Assembly (NCBI GenBank): GCA_001552015.1
Contig: CP010514.1
Coordinates: forward strand, 480,001 to 512,000
DNA length: 32,000 bases
Source: Candidatus Nanopusillus acidilobi
GTDB lineage: Archaea > Nanobdellota > Nanobdellia > Nanobdellales > Nanobdellaceae
Direction of reading: 5' to 3'
Shown here: positions 26,730 to 32,000 of the stretch, piece by piece
How positions within the stretch are numbered: the first letter of the stretch is position 1
Layout of the letters: every line of letters starts with the position of its first letter
The notes under the pieces: model-generated
What the model was told of the DNA's origin: nothing
The model's input: the letters and a program-made list of their open reading frames with translations, nothing else
Database searches by the model: none
Made by a program: the position numbers and the translations under genes

Positions 26730-27256
26730 GGATATTTATAGCAATAGATCTACCAGAAAAGATAAAAGATGAAATAGAGAAAATCAGAAAGGGTTTAAGA
26801 GGTATATATGGGAAACCTGTTGAAAGAGAAAATTTTCATATAACATTAAAATTTATTGGAGATGTACAGCCAAATATATTTGAAAAAATAAAAGAAGAAT
26901 TAAAAAATATAAATTATAATAAATTTAGTATAAAAATTGGTAATATTGGAACATTTGGAGATAGAGTAGTTTGGATAGGTGTATATGAAGGATATGAAGA
27001 TATAATTAATTTACATAATTTAATAGATGAACAACTATATAAAATAAAAATTGATAGAGACTACAATTTTTCTCCGCATATTACATTATATAGAATAAAA
27101 GAAATAATAAATAAAAAAGAATTTAAAGAATCAATTGAAAAATTATCTAAATATATATCTGATGATATTTTAATAGATAGATTTTATATAAAGCAAAGTA
27201 TATTAAGACCTGAAGGTCCCTTATATATAAATATGGCGGAATACAAATTATTATAA
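26726..27256 (+). CDS. thpR: RNA 2',3'-cyclic phosphodiesterase (ThpR/LigT, 2'-5' RNA ligase family)
   Basis: MRIFIAIDLPEKIKDEIEKI, with two HxT motifs: FHITLKFIGDV and FSPHITLYRIKE. Confidence 0.93.
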   Translation: MRIFIAIDLPEKIKDEIEKIRKGLRGIYGKPVERENFHITLKFIGDVQPNIFEKIKEELKNINYNKFSIKIGNIGTFGDRVVWIGVYEGYEDIINLHNLIDEQLYKIKIDRDYNFSPHITLYRIKEIINKKEFKESIEKLSKYISDDILIDRFYIKQSILRPEGPLYINMAEYKLL

Positions 27257-27281
27257 ATATTATTGATAATCTATTTCTATA

Positions 27282-27479
27282 ATGGCTTCAAACTTATTAC
27301 CAGAGATTAAAGCAAGAAAATTCGATAGGATATTTATATGCAGAAAATGTGGAGCTAGGATTAGAGCAAATCCTGAAAAAGTAAGAGCAGGTCTTGTTAG
27401 ATGTAGAAGATGTAAATCAACAGCATTAAGACCAAAGAAATCAGAAATTACGTTGGTTACTGGAAAAACAGCTAAGTAA
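27282..27479 (+). CDS. rpl40e: 50S ribosomal protein L40e
   Basis: ICRKCGARIRANPEKVRAGLVRCRRCKSTALRPKKSE zinc ribbon. Confidence 0.82.
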   Translation: MASNLLPEIKARKFDRIFICRKCGARIRANPEKVRAGLVRCRRCKSTALRPKKSEITLVTGKTAK

Positions 27480-27610
27480 ATGAGTTATAATCTATATATA
27501 TCAAACAGCAGTATTTTTAGCATATTAATAATTTTTTTAGCTATCATATAATATTTATACTTCTAAAAATTTTTAAAAAAGAAAATACTGATTATAAATT
27601 TATTTATGGA

Positions 27611-28583
27611 ATGTTTAGGACAAAAAAATTAATGGAAATAATGAAAAAAATATCTAATTCAAAATTTTCTAAATTTTTATCCATATCATCATTAATTTTA
27701 GGTCCTATATTAAATATCGTTAGCGGTTTTCTTCTTATTTTTTGGAATTTTAACAAAAACTCCAACATATGCCCCAGCATTACCTGGTATATCATATGGT
27801 CCTATAACATTACCTATAGCACAAACAATAATTGCAATCTTCATAGCAGCATTTATACATGAGTTCTCGCATGGTGTTTTAGTATATAAAAATAACTTAG
27901 ATTTAAAATCTTGGGGATTCTTTTATTTAGGACCATTAATAGGTGCTTTTGTTGAACCTGATGAGAAAGAAATTGAGAAATTGAATAAAAAAGAACAGAT
28001 AAAAATATATAGTGCAGGTGCTGCTATAAATATAATTGCTGGATTAATATTTCTACTACTATTTCTATTTTCTATATATATAATTTCTATATTTAATTTA
28101 GCAACACCATATGTAAAGATATTATATACTCTCCCAAATACATATGCATATAATGTTATCCCAAATAATACAATTTTATATTCTATCAATGGAAATCAAA
28201 TATTATACTTAAATCAAATTGAAAATGCTTTAAATAATACAGAACCTGGTGAATATATTTTATTGAATACAAGTGCAGGATTATTTAATATTAAGTTAAC
28301 TAATAAAGATGGTAAACCATTTATAGGAATTGTAACTGAACAAGAATATAATTATAAAATTCCTGGAACTGATTTTTTTGAATCATTATTATTTTGGTTA
28401 TTTGTAATAAATGTTGGACTTGGAATTGGTAATATGATACCAATATATCCATTAGATGGAGGAAAAACGATGGAATCTATATTAGAAATATTCTTGGATA
28501 AAAAAGAATCGAAAATGATTACTACATCTATATCTATAATATTATTAGTCCTAATATTATATAATATATCTTTTATTCTCTAG
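27611..28583 (+). pseudogene. Site-2 protease-like M50 metallopeptidase with internal PDZ-like region; reading frame interrupted by an apparent frameshift near 27714-27730
   Basis: Frame 1 (27611 ATG): MFRTKKLMEIMKKISNSKFSKFLSISSLILGPILNIV. The next frame then reads SLAVFFLFFGILTKTPTYAPALPGISYGPITLPIAQTIIAIFIAAFIHEFSHGVLVYKN...SAGAAINIIAG...NMIPIYPLDGGKTME without a stop to 28583. It carries HEFSH and LDGG motifs. Confidence 0.75.
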
Positions 28584-29145
28584 AAACTTTCCTCATAAAT
28601 ATTTTATCAGTTAATAGATTATATATATCACCAACATAATCTACCTTTCTTCTTATATCATAATTTTTAAATTCCATATATAACATGTTTTGATATATTT
28701 CATATATAATTTCTCTAGCTCTCTCAGCAAACTCTAAATTATTCTTTAGCATTTCTTCTATTGATTTTCTATATAGTTCCCCAACAAAATCCATCAATCC
28801 CATAATATATGAATACTCATCAACATTTAATTCATCATTTTTTGGTATTCTATTATTTAATATAAAATTATAGAATATTTTTGCTTCTGCATATTCTTGA
28901 TAACTTATCATGGCATTATTATATAATCTGGGTTCTTCTCTTACAATTTTGTCCATTTCTTCTTTATACTTATCCATTTCGATCATATATTCATTTGCAG
29001 ATTTTATATCACCTCTTATTACTGAATATATTATTGATTTTGATGTTCTATTTAATTTTACTCCTACTTCAATTATTTTATCTTTTTTATCTTCAAATTC
29101 TCTAAATTTTTCTTTTAAATTTTCTATATATTCTTTTTCTATCAT
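28573..29145 (-). CDS. Translin-family protein
   Basis: NRTSKSIIYSVIRGD...YSYIMGLMDFVGELYRKSIEEML...NMLYMEFKNYDIRRKVDYV. Confidence 0.85.
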   Translation of the reverse strand: MIEKEYIENLKEKFREFEDKKDKIIEVGVKLNRTSKSIIYSVIRGDIKSANEYMIEMDKYKEEMDKIVREEPRLYNNAMISYQEYAEAKIFYNFILNNRIPKNDELNVDEYSYIMGLMDFVGELYRKSIEEMLKNNLEFAERAREIIYEIYQNMLYMEFKNYDIRRKVDYVGDIYNLLTDKIFMRKVSRE

Positions 29146-29149
29146 TCCT

Positions 29150-30271
29150 TTATTTTGAGAATAAATGTTTTATATACATTGTGGCAAAAGAACCTTTATC
29201 CAAGATAAAAGAAATTGCTATAATATTATCCTTTATATTATATTCCAGGTTTCTTATTTCTGATAGAATATTTCTTTCTGTTGATAATAATGTTAAAGAT
29301 GGTTTATCTTCAAATTTTAGTTCTTCATAATTTATTCCTTCTTCATTTAATATATCTTTATATATATTCTTATCTTTTATATCATATCCAATTAATGGAA
29401 ATTTTATATCCTTTAATTTTTCAATTTCTTTTTTATCCTTAATTATATAAAATCTTCCAATTTTTGTTTCTATAAAATAATTTTCTCCATAATTATTTTT
29501 TATATAATTAGATAATAATTTATTCCATAAGTATGATTGATATGAATGAACAAACATCTTTAATATTCTCTTTGGTATATATTTTAATGCCCTTTTATAA
29601 TTTCTCTCTTTTGATAAATAATTTAATAATGATCTTTCAACATCCAAATAATTTGGAAATATTCTCAATGCTTCTTTAAATTTACTCCAATTTTCATATA
29701 AAAATTTTCTTGCCTTTATTGCGTCCTCGCTTTTTTCATTTTTATAATCTGTTAAAAATATTTTTATTGCATTTTCGTAATTCCTTTTAATTATATATTT
29801 CCCAATTATATAATTATTTCCCCTATTTCCAAATCTTTGATCATCAAAATAATTGAAATAATATTTATCAAATGTTTCTATATTTTTATTGAATATATTA
29901 ATTTCTTCATTGCTTAATTCTCTTATAGTTATTCTAAAATAGTTATATTTTATATCAGAAATCTTTAGTGGTTCATCATATGATCCTACATATTTTAAAT
30001 ATACATTCCCAAAATTATATTCATCTTTAAAATCATTAAAATTTCTTATAGCAATATATTGTTCTGATAATGTATTTTTATCTTTTTCTCCTGCAAAATA
30101 TATTTTTCTTTTTGAAATATGTAATTTCCTTGCAATTATTTTAATTGCATTTATTGTATTTATATTTCTTTTTCTCATTAAAAAATATCTAAATGTTTCC
30201 CCCTCTTTCTTTTTATCTAAATCAATTATTTCTTTAACAATAAAATCCTCTGGTTTTTCTTTTATTTTCAT
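29150..30271 (-). CDS. truD: tRNA pseudouridine synthase D
   Basis: IKEKPEDFIVKEI, GEKDKNTLSEQYIAI, YFDDQRFGNRGNNYIIGKYIIKRNYENA, HSYQSYLWNKLLSNYI. Confidence 0.93.
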   Translation of the reverse strand: MKIKEKPEDFIVKEIIDLDKKKEGETFRYFLMRKRNINTINAIKIIARKLHISKRKIYFAGEKDKNTLSEQYIAIRNFNDFKDEYNFGNVYLKYVGSYDEPLKISDIKYNYFRITIRELSNEEINIFNKNIETFDKYYFNYFDDQRFGNRGNNYIIGKYIIKRNYENAIKIFLTDYKNEKSEDAIKARKFLYENWSKFKEALRIFPNYLDVERSLLNYLSKERNYKRALKYIPKRILKMFVHSYQSYLWNKLLSNYIKNNYGENYFIETKIGRFYIIKDKKEIEKLKDIKFPLIGYDIKDKNIYKDILNEEGINYEELKFEDKPSLTLLSTERNILSEIRNLEYNIKDNIIAISFILDKGSFATMYIKHLFSK

Positions 30272-31423
30272 TTATATTCTAAACTCCCATTCCCACATTT
30301 CCTTTGCTAACTTTCCATCATACATAAACTTATCAATATTAATATTCTTTCTTCTTTCTTGTATTTTACTTAGAAATTCCCATATCTTATTAACAGTATA
30401 TTCTTTCAATTCTCCTGTTGTTAATTCACCCATAATATATTTCTCCCTTATTTCCTTTAATTTATTATCATCTTCTTCAAATAATACAGATAACCAAAAA
30501 TATGAAACATCAATATCAGGATTTCCTCCATATTTTCTATGTTCTTCTAATGTACTTCTTCCACCAGAAAATGCATATTTAAATATTTTATATTTTATTG
30601 TATCATAATCATCATCAACAAATATAGCAGATTTTGGATCTGAGGCACTCATTTTTGTATATGGACCTTGTAATCCCCATACAAATTTTGATAAAATTGT
30701 AGAAGCTTTATAATATCCAAATTTTTCCGCAATATCTCTTTGTAATCTAAAATATGGATCTTGATCAATTCCACATGGAATCAACGGAATATTTCTTTCA
30801 AAGAATGTTGGAACAATTTGCAATGCAATATAAAATGGTAAACCAATTGTTGAACTATCATCAAATCCAAAAACAGATTTTGCAGTATTTAAATTTATTT
30901 CTCTTGCAATATAAATTGCAGCTTTATACATGTTTTTTATATATTCTGAATCTATAAATATGAATGTTTTATCAGGATCAAATCCTAAAGCTGCTATTGT
31001 TTTTGCATCTTCTAATGCATATTCTCTTATTTCTTCATAATTATTCGCTTTCTTTTCCCAATATTTTTCTTCATCAGGTATTTGTATATATACATTTACA
31101 TTAAATTTTTCTTGAAACCATTTAGTTAATAAAAATGGAATTAAATGACCAATATGCATCTTACTTTTAGAAGGTGCCCTTCCAGTATATAGAAAAAACC
31201 TTTTTCCCTCAATATATTTATTTAATAATAAATCAAAATCTCTATGCGCATAGAAAAATTTTCTTCTTAATAAAACATGTAAATCACCAGTTAGATATTT
31301 TAAATTATTTAATATAACATCATCAATTTCTTTAACACCAAAGAATTTTATTAATCTTTCATAATCTTTTTCTTCCTTTATATTTACATCATATATATTT
31401 ATAATATCTTTATATTCATTCAT
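30272..31423 (-). CDS. trpS: Tryptophanyl-tRNA synthetase
   Basis: YTGRAPSKSKMHIGHLIPFLLTKWFQEKFNVNVYIQIPDEEKYW; PCGIDQDPYFRLQRDIA; KMSASDPKSAIFVDD. Confidence 0.96.
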   Translation of the reverse strand: MNEYKDIINIYDVNIKEEKDYERLIKFFGVKEIDDVILNNLKYLTGDLHVLLRRKFFYAHRDFDLLLNKYIEGKRFFLYTGRAPSKSKMHIGHLIPFLLTKWFQEKFNVNVYIQIPDEEKYWEKKANNYEEIREYALEDAKTIAALGFDPDKTFIFIDSEYIKNMYKAAIYIAREINLNTAKSVFGFDDSSTIGLPFYIALQIVPTFFERNIPLIPCGIDQDPYFRLQRDIAEKFGYYKASTILSKFVWGLQGPYTKMSASDPKSAIFVDDDYDTIKYKIFKYAFSGGRSTLEEHRKYGGNPDIDVSYFWLSVLFEEDDNKLKEIREKYIMGELTTGELKEYTVNKIWEFLSKIQERRKNINIDKFMYDGKLAKEMWEWEFRI

Positions 31424-31456
31424 TTATCAAATATCAAAATTAATTATATAAATATG

Positions 31457-31539
31457 CCGCGGTGCCCGAGCGGACCAAGGGGTATGGCTCGAGACCATAT
31501 CCCCGAAAGGGGGCGTGGGTTCAAATCCCACCCGCGGCG
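31457..31539 (+). tRNA. tRNA-Ser (anticodon CGA)
   Basis: Acceptor GCCGCGG/CCGCGGC; anticodon arm TATGG-CTCGAGA-CCATA; long variable arm TCCCC-GAAA-GGGGGC; T arm GTGGG-TTCAAAT-CCCAC; discriminator G. Confidence 0.95.
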
Positions 31540-31569
31540 CTTATAAAAATTTAAATTGAAAAATATAAA

Positions 31570-32000
31570 ATGGATGAAAATTTATCAGAATTCTTAAATA
31601 ACCTAAATATTTATTCAAAAATTGCATATATATCTAGTATTTTTGGTTTTTCATCATATTTATTATTTATAATTCTCTCTATTTTTTCCACATATAATAG
31701 TACTATGAGTCCATTTACATTAATATTTAGTCCATTTCTATCCTTATCAATATTATATATTTCTCTTAATTTAATTTCTCTAGGAACAATTTTAATTATA
31801 TTAATTATTATTTCAATTATTTCATACTTTATATCTATAGAATACTTAAAGAATATATTTAGGACAATTGAAAAAATAATAAATAAAGAATATTATCCAA
31901 ATAATTTGTTTTCAATAATATATATTGGAATACTTATATCTATTTTTATTACATATCCTGGATTAATAATTATTGGAATATCAAATTATTTAATATTAAA
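31570..32000 (+). CDS. Multi-pass membrane protein, unknown (truncated at the window edge)
   Basis: Manual translation MDENLSEFLNNLNIYSKIAYISSIFGFSSYLLFIILSIFSTYNSTMSPFTLIFSPFLSLSILYISLNLISLGTILIILLIII... stays open to the edge with several hydrophobic segments. Confidence 0.6.
   Translation, partial: MDENLSEFLNNLNIYSKIAYISSIFGFSSYLLFIILSIFSTYNSTMSPFTLIFSPFLSLSILYISLNLISLGTILIILIIISIISYFISIEYLKNIFRTIEKIINKEYYPNNLFSIIYIGILISIFITYPGLIIIGISNYLIL

Noticed and set aside
27604-27795. 63-aa minus-strand ORF over the S2P N-terminus
   Set aside because: Antisense to a plausible protease N-terminus; no independent support.
28881-29158. Two plus-strand ORFs over the translin-like gene
   Set aside because: Shadow ORFs; the minus strand encodes a recognisable translin family protein.
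1-32000. CRISPR arrays, IS elements, integrases or long direct repeats
   Set aside because: No regularly spaced repeats, transposase or integrase motifs were noticed on reading. A full self-comparison dot plot was not possible here and would be the deciding test.

Overview
The window is a very AT-rich, tightly packed archaeal chromosome segment. Gene content resembles a reduced, DPANN/Nanoarchaeota-like and probably thermophilic lineage; that placement is inference. Most of it is housekeeping: FtsZ (cut by the left edge) and SepF, GatD, deoxyhypusine synthase, a circularly permuted GTPase, a tungsten/molybdopterin aldehyde:ferredoxin oxidoreductase, a cis-prenyltransferase, a ribosomal protein block (S17-L14-L24-S4e-L5-L6-L32e), S19e, L37Ae, L40e, RpoP, Rpb7/Spt4, prefoldin beta, GluRS, TrpRS, TruD, Rpp21, Pth2, and others. 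RNA genes are tRNA-Ala(GGC), tRNA-Gly(TCC), tRNA-Ser(CGA), a solitary short 5S rRNA on the minus strand, and two candidate C/D-box sRNAs with identical internal spacing. The least explained part is a translationally overlapping cluster (8496-12773): a HerA-like ATPase followed by a 746-aa Asn/Tyr/Ile-rich membrane-anchored protein and two small single-TM, pseudopilin-like secreted proteins. A fourth such protein is coupled to rps19e on the opposite strand. Other points worth checking: a single-polypeptide primase with PriS and PriL Fe-S-like parts, an apparent frameshift in a site-2 protease gene, loss of S14 and S8 between L5 and L6, and an orphan GC-rich island at 4050-4100.
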